DNA from: Candidatus Zixiibacteriota bacterium
GTDB lineage: Bacteria > Zixibacteria > MSB-5A5 > GN15 > FEB-12
Reading direction: 5' to 3'
NCBI GenBank assembly: GCA_022571845.1
Contig: JACZXB010000001.1
Location: 459,037 to 523,036, forward strand
DNA length: 64,000 nucleotides
Shown here piece by piece: positions 35,989 to 44,698 of the stretch. Positions within the stretch are counted from its first letter, which is position 1, and every line of letters begins with the position of its first letter. The position numbers and the translations under genes are program-made. The notes under the pieces are model-generated. The model was not told where the DNA came from. It saw only the letters and a list, made by a program, of their open reading frames with translations, and made no database searches.

Positions 35989-36010
35989 ACGGCGCCCTGG
36001 TGGGCGCCGT
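35989..36010 (-). other. GC-rich 9-bp hairpin between pilC and the kinase gene
   Basis: The sequence is ACGGCGCCCtggtGGGCGCCGT. No clear T-run follows on either strand, so its role (terminator, attenuator or stabiliser) is unclear. Confidence 0.4.
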
Positions 36011-36051
36011 CCTGCTTAGTTTATTATCAAATCAGCTACAATTTCTTATCG

Positions 36052-37248
36052 TTAGATTTTTCCAATGATGTCGAACATTGGCAGATACATAGCTATCAAT
36101 ATACCACCAATGACAATACCCATAAATACAATAATGATTGGCTCTATTATAGAAGTCAGAGCAGTTACAGCTTCATCCACTTCTTCGTCATAGAAATCTG
36201 CAATCTTGCTGAGCATGTCATCCAGGCCACCTGTCTTTTCACCAACAGCAATCATTTGAGTGACCATTGGAGGAAAAACTCCAGATTCTTTCAGCGGGCC
36301 GGTAATCGTATCACCTTCGGCGATTGACAGAACTGACTTGTTTATCGCGTTTGCGATAACCACGTTACCTGCGGTTTTAGCAGTAATCTCCATAGCTTCA
36401 ATAATTGACACACCAGACGATAGCAGGGTTCCCAAGGTACGAGTAAACCTTGCCACCGCAGATTTTCTAATCAAGTTTCCAAATATTGGTGTCATAAGCA
36501 TGAACTTATCAAATAGAAGCGCACCAGTCGGAGTTTTCTTCCACCATAAAAGACCGACAACAGATCCTATCGAACCGACTATCAGGTAAAGAAAGTAGTC
36601 TTGCAAGAAATGCGAAATTCCCAAAACATACTGAGTAGGCATCGGCAGTTCCGCGTTTAGCCCTCCGAACATCTTAGCAAAGACAGGAACGATAAACGTC
36701 AACATACCAACTGTTACACCAGCGGCCACTACTACGATAACGGACGGATAGACCATGGCGCCTTTTACCTTACGAATCAGCTGGTCTGATTTTTCGCGAT
36801 ATGCTGCCAAACGCATAAGAATGACATCCAGTGCACCACCGACCTCACCTGCCTGTACCATATTTGAATAGAGCTGGTCAAATACTTTGGGATGGCGTGC
36901 CAGAGCATCGGCCAGAGTAGCACCGCCCTGTACACCTTCTTTTACCTGTGTGATAACCTTAGCGAGTTCAACACTATCAGTCTGAGACGCCATGATTTCC
37001 AAGCATTGGACCATGGGCAGCCCGGCGCCAATCATGGTAGCAAACTGGCGGGTAAACCGGGATATATCTAAGCGACTTATGCCGGTTCCGAATTTTATGT
37101 TTAGGTCCGGAGCTTTCCTGGTTATCGAGGTAACCAGAATACGGTTCTGCCTTAAAACACGCTCAAGATCCTCTTTGCTTTTCGCTTTAAGCGAGCCCTG
37201 GACTGGTGCTCCGGCTAATGTTTTTCCTTTGTATTCAAAAACTGCCAT
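36052..37248 (-). CDS. pilC: Type IV pilus platform protein PilC (GspF family)
   Basis: It shows the duplicated T2SS-F architecture with three TM segments and motifs such as GEVGGALD and GEKTGGLDDML. Confidence 0.9.
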   Translation of the reverse strand: MAVFEYKGKTLAGAPVQGSLKAKSKEDLERVLRQNRILVTSITRKAPDLNIKFGTGISRLDISRFTRQFATMIGAGLPMVQCLEIMASQTDSVELAKVITQVKEGVQGGATLADALARHPKVFDQLYSNMVQAGEVGGALDVILMRLAAYREKSDQLIRKVKGAMVYPSVIVVVAAGVTVGMLTFIVPVFAKMFGGLNAELPMPTQYVLGISHFLQDYFLYLIVGSIGSVVGLLWWKKTPTGALLFDKFMLMTPIFGNLIRKSAVARFTRTLGTLLSSGVSIIEAMEITAKTAGNVVIANAINKSVLSIAEGDTITGPLKESGVFPPMVTQMIAVGEKTGGLDDMLSKIADFYDEEVDEAVTALTSIIEPIIIVFMGIVIGGILIAMYLPMFDIIGKI

Positions 37249-37275
37249 TTACTTAGCCTCTTTCAACCTGCACAA

Positions 37276-38373
37276 CTAACTGAATGCAGGAGATCTTTGA
37301 ACTTTACTTTTCTGGAGCATTTCCGTCAACTCCTGAGTTGAACCGCTATGCGCCATTGCATCGTTTATTGTAATTTTGCCGGTCTCGTATAATTCTGCCA
37401 GTGATTGATTCATTGTCTTCATGCCATATTTTTGCCCGGCCTGTATCATGGAATACAGTTGATGAACTTTATCATCACGTATCAGTGCCCGAATAGCAGG
37501 CGTTACCACCAATATTTCCATGGCCAACACACGTCCGCCGCCAATTTTGGGAATCAACGTCTGTGATACTATCGCCTGAAGAGTGAACGAAAGCGTAACC
37601 CGTACTTGCTCCTGCTGATTTGCGGGAAAAGAATCTACTATTCTGTTGACAGATTCTGCAGCAGAGTTTGTATGCAATGTAGCAAAAGCAAGGTGTCCGG
37701 TCTCTGAAATTGATAGCGCCGACTCAATTGTCTCCAGATCTCTCATCTCACCCACCAGTACTACATCTGGGTCTTCCCTTAACGCGTATTTTAGAGCTGT
37801 GGCGAAAGAGGCTGTGTCAGAATACACCTCGCGCTGGTTAACCAGAGATTTCTTATGGCGATGCAGGTATTCAATCGGGTCTTCTATGGTAATTATATGA
37901 ACGGCTCTTTCTCTGTTAATTTTGTCAATCACAGACGCCAGGGATGTTGATTTCCCTGAACCGGTGGGTCCGGTAATGAGTACCAGCCCGCGAGGAAGAT
38001 CTGCAAAATCCGCGATTACTTTGGGCAATCCGAGCTCTTCAAACGTCTTTACTTCATAAGGAATCTGCCGCAGTACCACTGCAACGTTGCCTCGCTGCAT
38101 GAACATATTGGCGCGAAACCTGCTCATCTGCTCAATTCCGAATGAAAAATCCAGTTCGGAGTTTTGTTCAAATTTGAGCTTCTGCTTTTCGTTGAGCATC
38201 GTATAAGCTATCTTCTTGGTATCTTCACTTGTCAGCGGGTCATAATTCAGAGGCTGAAGCTTTCCATCGACCCGGACGACCGGAGGAGCCCCGACAGTAA
38301 TATGTAAATCAGAAGCTCCCATCTTGAACATTTCTTCAAGCAGTTCACGCAGACCTACCATGGTTTTCCCCAT
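37276..38373 (-). CDS. pilT: Twitching-motility retraction ATPase PilT
   Basis: The N-terminus contains GASDLHITVGAPPVVRVDG. Walker A is GPTGSGKST. Other motifs are VGEMRDLETI and ATLHTNSAAESVNRI. Confidence 0.9.
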   Translation of the reverse strand: MGKTMVGLRELLEEMFKMGASDLHITVGAPPVVRVDGKLQPLNYDPLTSEDTKKIAYTMLNEKQKLKFEQNSELDFSFGIEQMSRFRANMFMQRGNVAVVLRQIPYEVKTFEELGLPKVIADFADLPRGLVLITGPTGSGKSTSLASVIDKINRERAVHIITIEDPIEYLHRHKKSLVNQREVYSDTASFATALKYALREDPDVVLVGEMRDLETIESALSISETGHLAFATLHTNSAAESVNRIVDSFPANQQEQVRVTLSFTLQAIVSQTLIPKIGGGRVLAMEILVVTPAIRALIRDDKVHQLYSMIQAGQKYGMKTMNQSLAELYETGKITINDAMAHSGSTQELTEMLQKSKVQRSPAFS

Positions 38374-38502
38374 ATTTAAACGGTTTAATCGGCTCTTTGG
38401 ATACTTACTATTTATCGGTAAAAAACGAAGGTTCCTTGAGTTTTATTTGTAGAATCAGGGCTGTAAGTTGCTGAAAGACAAAGCCCTACAATAGCGATAT
38501 TT

Positions 38503-40203
38503 TTATATGACAGACGCCGTATTGGCGAAGACCTCATCAATGCTGACCAGACCCTGCTTCATCTTTTCAATAGCAGACATGCGCAGGCTGTACATACCTT
38601 CATCCAGGGCCGTCTTTTGAATTTGAGCATCGCTGCCTCTATCAAGAATCAGCTTTTCAATAGCTTGGGATATAGGCATGATTTCAAATATAGCTGTTCT
38701 GCCCGACTGTCCGGAATCACCGCACTCGTCGCAGCCAGTTCCTTTGAAAGCTCTTAGATTTGACAAGCAGATTGACGGTACGCCGAGACTCTCTACTTGA
38801 TCTTTAGTCAGATTGATCTCCGTTTTACAGTTCTGGCAGATTTTTCGAACCATTCTTTGTGCCAATATTAATTTTGTGGCCGAAGCTACCAGATAAAACG
38901 GTACATCCATATCCATCAAACGGTTAATAGATGACGGAGCATCATTAGTATGCAAGGTGGAAAAGACAAGGTGACCGGTAAGAGCTGCGCGAATGGCTAT
39001 TTCTGCTGTCTCGCCGTCACGAATTTCTCCAAGCATTATAATATCCGGGTCCTGTCGCAAAAACGACCTGAGGGTATTTGCAAATGTTAGACCTATATCG
39101 GATTTGACAGCGACCTGATTGATGCCATCGAAGTTAAATTCAACGGGGTCTTCGGCTGTCATAATATTAACGTCCACAGTATTGATTGTTTTTAAGGCAG
39201 AATACAAAGTCGTAGTTTTACCGGAACCCGTCGGTCCGGTAACCAAAATTATGCCATATGGCAGGTGAACAGCTCTTCTGAAACTATCGAGATCTTCGGT
39301 TCTAAATCCGAGCTTGGTCATATCGACCATCAAAGCCATCGGGTCCAGGATTCGCATGACAACTTTTTCTCCGAATATCGTTGGCAGACAAGAAACACGA
39401 AGGTCTACTGTTCTTCCGGCGATTTTGACTTTTACACGGCCGTCCTGAGGCAGACGACGTTCGGATATATCCAGCTCTGCCATAATTTTAATACGTGAAA
39501 TAATCGCCGCCCTGTACTTGAAAGGCAGTGGCGGCAGTTCTCGTAAATCACCGTCTACACGGTAGCGGACACGAATCCGCTTTTCATAGGTTTCAAGGTG
39601 AATATCAGAGGCTCCTATTCGAATAGCATCGGCAATTATTGAATCAACCAGTTTTACCAGCGGCTTATCCTGAATGGCAGAAAGCAGGTCAGACTCATCA
39701 GGAGCCGACTCACTTGAGACTACTTCTAAACTATCATCCGCATCAAGGCTGGCAACAATGTCAGAAAGCGCTCCTGTATCTCTATACTGTGCTTCGATAG
39801 CTTTTTCGATGGCGTTTTCGGGTGAAATGACTGGCTGAACGGTGCAGCCAGTTATAAATTTTATAGCGTCTAATACATAAACATTATTGGGATCACCTAT
39901 AGCGACCAGAAGGTTTTTGCCAATTTTCGAGATTGCTATGACTTTGAACTTGCGGGCGATATCCAGCGGAATCATCTTGACGATATCCGGATTCAGCTCA
40001 ATGTCACTAAGCTTAAGGGCGCCAATCTTCAAGTGCTTTCCGATAAACTGCGCTATGTCATATTCTGACTCAACAGCGCCGATTTTGACCAGGGCAGCTT
40101 CAAATTTCTCGCTCTCGCTTTTGACCAGCTTTAGCGCTTTGTCGGCCTGTTCCTGAGTAATCTTGCCGTGTTTTACTAGTATGTTGCTGAGTTCTATAGC
40201 CAT
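38503..40203 (-). CDS. pilB: Type IV pilus assembly ATPase PilB (GspE family)
   Basis: It has an N-terminal T2SSE_N-like domain, GASDIHLE, Walker A GPTGSGKTT, LGEIRDGETA, and the tetracysteine CQNC..CDEC. Confidence 0.9.
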   Translation of the reverse strand: MAIELSNILVKHGKITQEQADKALKLVKSESEKFEAALVKIGAVESEYDIAQFIGKHLKIGALKLSDIELNPDIVKMIPLDIARKFKVIAISKIGKNLLVAIGDPNNVYVLDAIKFITGCTVQPVISPENAIEKAIEAQYRDTGALSDIVASLDADDSLEVVSSESAPDESDLLSAIQDKPLVKLVDSIIADAIRIGASDIHLETYEKRIRVRYRVDGDLRELPPLPFKYRAAIISRIKIMAELDISERRLPQDGRVKVKIAGRTVDLRVSCLPTIFGEKVVMRILDPMALMVDMTKLGFRTEDLDSFRRAVHLPYGIILVTGPTGSGKTTTLYSALKTINTVDVNIMTAEDPVEFNFDGINQVAVKSDIGLTFANTLRSFLRQDPDIIMLGEIRDGETAEIAIRAALTGHLVFSTLHTNDAPSSINRLMDMDVPFYLVASATKLILAQRMVRKICQNCKTEINLTKDQVESLGVPSICLSNLRAFKGTGCDECGDSGQSGRTAIFEIMPISQAIEKLILDRGSDAQIQKTALDEGMYSLRMSAIEKMKQGLVSIDEVFANTASVI

Positions 40204-40278
40204 ACCTATTGCCTGTACTTAGCTCCTGTCCATTTACAGCTTAAACAAGTCTACGAGTTTTGGTATAAGCGTTAGTGC

Positions 40279-40770
40279 TTAGTCCTGAAAAATATCGTCC
40301 AGCTTTTCCTGAGCACGCTCGACAAAATCACCTTCAACAGCGCTCTTACGGCCTGAGGCAGACTTCTCTTTTATCTCCTCAAAAATCTTAGTTAAGCCGT
40401 TAGCGGTTTCCTTGGCATATAGGCGGACCATTCCGATTGTTGTACGGTCGTCAAAAATAACTACTAAAATTGAACGATCTCCGACTATAGACATGTGGAT
40501 ATGGTCTTTCTTGCCTTGATGAAATAAAACCGAAAACTCCGGTTCGCCGACCAGCCTTGCTATCTCTTTTGTCGAAGCAAACGAACCGGCCAGAAGGGCT
40601 GCCAGCGCAGTAGTATCAAGAGAGTGCGTGAACCCCAGACGGGTAATAAGGTGGCCGTCTTTATCGACCAACAGAGCACACTTTGCTTCTGCTCCTTTAA
40701 GCATCTTGGATATCAGAGCTTCTATCTGATTTATTTCTTCTTCGTAAATTATCAGGCTATCATCAGACAT
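40279..40770 (-). CDS. mglB: MglB (Roadblock/LC7 GTPase-activating partner of MglA)
   Basis: It is colinear with Myxococcus MglB, with motifs YEEEINQI, LLVDKDGHLI, LDTTALAALLAG, ILVVIFDDRTTIGMVRL and LTKIFEE. Confidence 0.85.
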   Translation of the reverse strand: MSDDSLIIYEEEINQIEALISKMLKGAEAKCALLVDKDGHLITRLGFTHSLDTTALAALLAGSFASTKEIARLVGEPEFSVLFHQGKKDHIHMSIVGDRSILVVIFDDRTTIGMVRLYAKETANGLTKIFEEIKEKSASGRKSAVEGDFVERAQEKLDDIFQD

Positions 40771-40787
40771 TCCTGCCTCCTAAATAT

Positions 40788-41987
40788 TTATTTAATTCCA
40801 AACAATTTCTTAAATATGCTGCGCTTCTTCTGCTCTCGTCGTTTAAGCGAAGGCGCCATCTTGGGAGCGTGTGTACCATAATCTTCCATAGCGGCCGAAT
40901 CGCCTGAGGCTGAATCACTACTTGTGATATTTTTTTCACTTTGATTCATGCCGGGATACGGTCTATCATCCATTTCAGAATTTTCCTCTCCTGAAGGGTC
41001 CGCCTGTTTTGCGCCCGGATAAGGACGATACGCAGGAATTCTGTCGTCAGTCGCCGATGTCGCCGGCGTATCGGCTGTAGCCACTTCGGCTGATGGTTGG
41101 CCCTGAACCTGAGGAGTAGCAGTCGGCGCTGCATAGGGATCGTTACCTAAGGGTTGAACCGAAGGATCGGCCAGCGGCCCATCTGGGTCTGGCTGACCGG
41201 CTGGCGGGGCTACAACTTGAGCAGAAGGCTCTGCTACAGCCGGCTGTGATACCGCAGGTGCCTGAGGCGCCGCAGGCACCTGAGGTGCCGCAGGTGCCTG
41301 AGGTGCCGCAGGTGCCTGAGGTGCCGCAGGTGCCTGAGGTGCCGCAGGTGCCTGAGGTGCCGCAGGTGCTTCGACAGCTGTTTTCGAAGTATTGCTTGAT
41401 ACCTGAGAATTTTTAGCTTTTTCCAGGACAAGTTTGATAATCAGTTTGAGCGTATCAAAAACTCCAGTTCCCACAGTAGCTGAAGCCTCAAAAGTAGGGA
41501 AATTATAAGTATTAAGCTTTTGATCCATCTCTTCCGTTGTCATTATATTGGGAAGGTCTCGTTTGTTATATTGAATGACCAGTGGCAGCTGACTAATATC
41601 GTAACCATATTCTTTGAGGTTATCTATCAGGTTCGCCAAAGCTTCAATATTTTCGTCCATTTTGTCAGGCTGACTGTCAGCAACAAATACAACGCCGTCT
41701 ACACCCCGCAAAACTAATTTACGAGTAGCATTGTAGTAGACCTGGCCGGGCACAGTATAGAGCTGAAACTTGGCCTGAAATCCATTGATTGTACCAATAT
41801 TAATTGGTAGGAAATCAAAATAGAGAGTCCGGTCTGCTTCAGTCGCCAGAGATATAAGATCTCCACGTGTTGTGCTGGGCACTTTGGTGTGGACATATTG
41901 CAAGTTGGTAGTCTTGCCCGATAAGCCCGGACCATAATAGACAATTTTGCAGCAGACCTCTCGCGCCGAGTAGTTTATTGATACCAT
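40788..41987 (-). CDS. mglA: MglA-family Ras-like GTPase with a roughly 200-aa proline-rich C-terminal extension
   Basis: Residues 1-195 are near-colinear with M. xanthus MglA ([68 protein letters not shown]). An (APAAPQ)n low-complexity tail follows. Confidence 0.9.
   Translation of the reverse strand: MVSINYSAREVCCKIVYYGPGLSGKTTNLQYVHTKVPSTTRGDLISLATEADRTLYFDFLPINIGTINGFQAKFQLYTVPGQVYYNATRKLVLRGVDGVVFVADSQPDKMDENIEALANLIDNLKEYGYDISQLPLVIQYNKRDLPNIMTTEEMDQKLNTYNFPTFEASATVGTGVFDTLKLIIKLVLEKAKNSQVSSNTSKTAVEAPAAPQAPAAPQAPAAPQAPAAPQAPAAPQVPAAPQAPAVSQPAVAEPSAQVVAPPAGQPDPDGPLADPSVQPLGNDPYAAPTATPQVQGQPSAEVATADTPATSATDDRIPAYRPYPGAKQADPSGEENSEMDDRPYPGMNQSEKNITSSDSASGDSAAMEDYGTHAPKMAPSLKRREQKKRSIFKKLFGIK
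41252..41368 (-). repeat. 18-bp in-frame tandem repeat, about 6.5 copies, encoding (APAAPQ)n
   Basis: The plus-strand unit CCGCAGGTGCCTGAGGTG is repeated head to tail. Four central copies are identical, and the first two carry 1-2 substitutions. Confidence 0.95.
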
Positions 41988-42013
41988 TTACTTCTTCCTG
42001 CTATGCTTAGTTT

Positions 42014-42355
42014 TTAACTTACCGTTTTTAATCGTGATATTGCGTTCTTAATTTCAAGTCGGATTAGACCAATATTCACTTCTTTATCTGTAGTTACTAC
42101 CAAAATGCCGAGTCCGGCATCGCTGAAAAATAGCTTGGCGTCATCAGCTTCTATTGTAACATGTTTTAAAGGGCTGCTCTGGAGACGCTTCAATGATTTG
42201 TGGATGTTGGCTGTTATCGATGCCGCCAGGGCTCCGATTGTGTCGTCTTCCACATTTTCCTGCAGGTTTGCCGCAATAACGATACCATCATTGCCGACCA
42301 CCATTGAGCCGGTAATGCCAGTTGTTTTGTTAAGTTCACTTAGTATTTCATGCAT
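42014..42355 (-). CDS. Stand-alone Roadblock/LC7 domain protein (MglC-like)
   Basis: The 113-aa product has GITGSMVVGNDGIVIA..DTIGALAASI..FFSDAGLGILVVTTDKEVNIGLIRLEI. It overlaps the upstream gene by 8 nt. Confidence 0.75.
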   Translation of the reverse strand: MHEILSELNKTTGITGSMVVGNDGIVIAANLQENVEDDTIGALAASITANIHKSLKRLQSSPLKHVTIEADDAKLFFSDAGLGILVVTTDKEVNIGLIRLEIKNAISRLKTVS

Positions 42356-43331
42356 ATGATTTCTCCATTGCCGGGCGCAGCATCTCGCTGTACCTCTCGG
42401 ACATATATTTCTTAACCATTTCCATTGCTTGATTTATGCGAATATTTAATAAATCATCACTATGTCTTTCTGCTATTACCATAAGACAATATGACTCTTC
42501 ATAGCAGAGGACTACCCTGTCATTACTTAACTGAAATTCTACTCTTTCCGGACAGCCGTAGCTAAGGAAGTTCATGCTTCCGGCTCCGTCTGCCTTAATA
42601 AGCAAAGCAAAGGGAGCAACATCCTCTGCAATTATTCCGCCGCGTGTAAAGTTCGATAACAGCAGACCTTCATGGTCAACTACTGCGGCCAGCTTAACAG
42701 AGCTATGTTCACCAATATATCTGGTAGCCTTATCAAATCCCTGAGCGTCTCCGCCAATCACTGGTGACTCTGTTGCAGGTCGGTTTTCGAGACCTGATTG
42801 ATTCTGAACCGGACTGGGAGGCGGAGAATCGGGTCTGCTAGCGTTTTTTTCTTTAGTAACTACAAAGGTAGAAGTTCCGGTCTCTACTGAATCAGCTGTG
42901 ATAATATCTGACGGCCGTGGGCGACGAATACGCGGTCGACTGAAAAATATCTCATCCATAGTGCTCTTGATTATGAACTGGGTTGCAAAAACCTGGAAAA
43001 GCAAACTCGGCAAATATCCGTACATCCCCATAGAAAAGGCAACACCGCTGCTTATGTTATAAAAGGCAGAAAGCAAAACAGAAAATATTGAACTTATTAG
43101 CAATCTGTAGCCCAGCCCAATAAAAACGATTGCTACCATTTGCATGGCGTTACCCTGTCTGTATAAAACGAAAGTAAGCAGCAAATAGAAAAGAAGCTCC
43201 AGGACAATATTAGTCGAAGAATAGTTCTGCAGAAATGTTCCGAGGTTTTCCGGATACAATATCAGCGGCACGACCAATAAGATTAGCGAATACAACAGTA
43301 GTCGTTTTGCAGCTTCAACTGATAAGTTCAT
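42348..43331 (-). CDS. Polytopic membrane protein with a C-terminal Roadblock/LC7-like domain
   Basis: It has about 5 TM helices in the first 130 aa, then a Pro/Ser linker, then KLAAVVDHEGLLLSNF..APFALLIKA..VVLCYEESYCLMVIAERHSDDLLNIRINQAME. Confidence 0.6.
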   Translation of the reverse strand: MNLSVEAAKRLLLYSLILLVVPLILYPENLGTFLQNYSSTNIVLELLFYLLLTFVLYRQGNAMQMVAIVFIGLGYRLLISSIFSVLLSAFYNISSGVAFSMGMYGYLPSLLFQVFATQFIIKSTMDEIFFSRPRIRRPRPSDIITADSVETGTSTFVVTKEKNASRPDSPPPSPVQNQSGLENRPATESPVIGGDAQGFDKATRYIGEHSSVKLAAVVDHEGLLLSNFTRGGIIAEDVAPFALLIKADGAGSMNFLSYGCPERVEFQLSNDRVVLCYEESYCLMVIAERHSDDLLNIRINQAMEMVKKYMSERYSEMLRPAMEKSYA

Positions 43332-44212
43332 ATAGCACCTGCTGTTTTTGCATAATTTGACATCAGTCCGTCAATTTTCATGCGAACGTTGCCCAAATTA
43401 GCTTTTTTACCTGCCACGAAAATAAAAATACCTTTAGAGTTCTGATTTATATAAAAAGTTGATTCTGCTGCTTCTATAAGAACGTTTTGCACGTTGCCAA
43501 AGGAGTTATTTACAAGTTCACTGCTGAGCATTTTCCAGATTTCTGACAAAACAGCCCCGCAGTCATTTACTTCCAGAGGACTTCTCCATTCAGAATCAGC
43601 TACCAGACCGTCCTGGCTAACAAGCATAGCGCCTTTTAGTCCTTTTATTGTCAGAGCTTCGGTAAGCATGTCATGCAGTTCAAATGGCTTGGCTGGCTTA
43701 GTTTCTGTTTCATCTATCCTGTCAGCTGAATCTGAGCTGCTGCCTGACGGGGCTCCGGTAATTATGGTCTCGTCCAAATAGGCATTTTGTTCTTCCGGAA
43801 TTTTCTGTGCAATCTCCAGTAGTTTTTGAATCTGCGGATTTTCGGGGTCGCGGCTGAGGAGTTCCTTCAAGAGCTTTATGGCATGCGAAAATTCGCCTTT
43901 ATAGATGTAGATTTCTGACAGTAGAAGTTCAACTGAGCGGGTACGACCGTCAAGATCAGCTGCACGTTTGGCTTCAATCTCTGCCCAGTCATATTGACCA
44001 CGGTCGAGATTTATTTTAGACATAACGACATGAGCAGAGCCGTAATCGTCATGCACTTTCAGTCCGTTTTTACACACTTTAAATGCCAGGTCCAAGTCTC
44101 CCTTTTTGCGATATGCCTCCGCCAAGGCGGCAAAAATCTGTGAGTTAGGATCAGAGTCTAAAATTCTCTGACACTTCTCTATTCTATCATCTAATTCTGA
44201 TACAGTCGCCAT
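43328..44212 (-). CDS. TPR repeat + Roadblock/LC7-like fusion protein
   Basis: N-terminal TPR-like repeats read AEAYRKKGDLDLAFKVCKNGLKV and SEIYIYKGEFSHAIKLLKELL. The C-terminal domain reads LKGAMLVSQDGLVADS..GAVLSEI..IFIFVAGKKANLGNVRMKI. It overlaps the downstream gene by ATGA. Confidence 0.65.
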   Translation of the reverse strand: MATVSELDDRIEKCQRILDSDPNSQIFAALAEAYRKKGDLDLAFKVCKNGLKVHDDYGSAHVVMSKINLDRGQYDWAEIEAKRAADLDGRTRSVELLLSEIYIYKGEFSHAIKLLKELLSRDPENPQIQKLLEIAQKIPEEQNAYLDETIITGAPSGSSSDSADRIDETETKPAKPFELHDMLTEALTIKGLKGAMLVSQDGLVADSEWRSPLEVNDCGAVLSEIWKMLSSELVNNSFGNVQNVLIEAAESTFYINQNSKGIFIFVAGKKANLGNVRMKIDGLMSNYAKTAGAI

Positions 44213-44326
44213 AAAAACAAATACTCATTGTAACTTGTTTTGCCATAAGTTCTTGCGCAATTAAAAATTCCGCCTTGCGCCCACTTTATTTCAAGCCAGA
44301 TTTAACGCCAAATAACAAGTAAATTC

Positions 44327-44698
44327 TCAGCTTAACGTATTTCTGGCGCTAAAAACCCCAAATGCAAAAAGTCCCGACATCAGAAGCAGCATTAATGGAG
44401 CAAATAGCTCCGGCAGTGTAAAAAACTCCATCGCCGAAGCGATACTTGCCAGCTGGCTTATAGCCAGAAGCACGAAACCAAGGAAAAACATCTGCCAGCT
44501 CCTGCTCAGATAACCACCTTTTACCTGTCCCAGTACCTGGAAAGAACCAAACAAACAGGCTCCGGCAACTATCAATACGAACAGGCTGAACATCGTCGGC
44601 GGACTGGCTATAACTGCCAGGTTGGCGGCCTGGACATCACTGCCCAACCCTGCACTAATTAAAATTCCAATAAATAAACACTTTTTCATCTTAATCAC
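44327..44698 (-). CDS. Small membrane protein (signal peptide + 3 TM)
   Basis: The signal ends DVQAA and three hydrophobic helices follow. It overlaps the DUF4388 gene by 8 nt. Confidence 0.55.
   Translation of the reverse strand: MIKMKKCLFIGILISAGLGSDVQAANLAVIASPPTMFSLFVLIVAGACLFGSFQVLGQVKGGYLSRSWQMFFLGFVLLAISQLASIASAMEFFTLPELFAPLMLLLMSGLFAFGVFSARNTLS

Noticed and set aside
41252-41368. Regularly spaced repeats that could be mistaken for a CRISPR-like array.
   Set aside because: The units are contiguous with no spacers, only 18 bp long, in frame, and inside a long ORF. This is a coding tandem repeat.
41234-41431. A 65-aa ORF translating as HLRHLRHLR...
   Set aside because: It is an alternative frame of the 18-bp tandem repeat inside mglA. 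It is a by-product of the repeat, not a gene.
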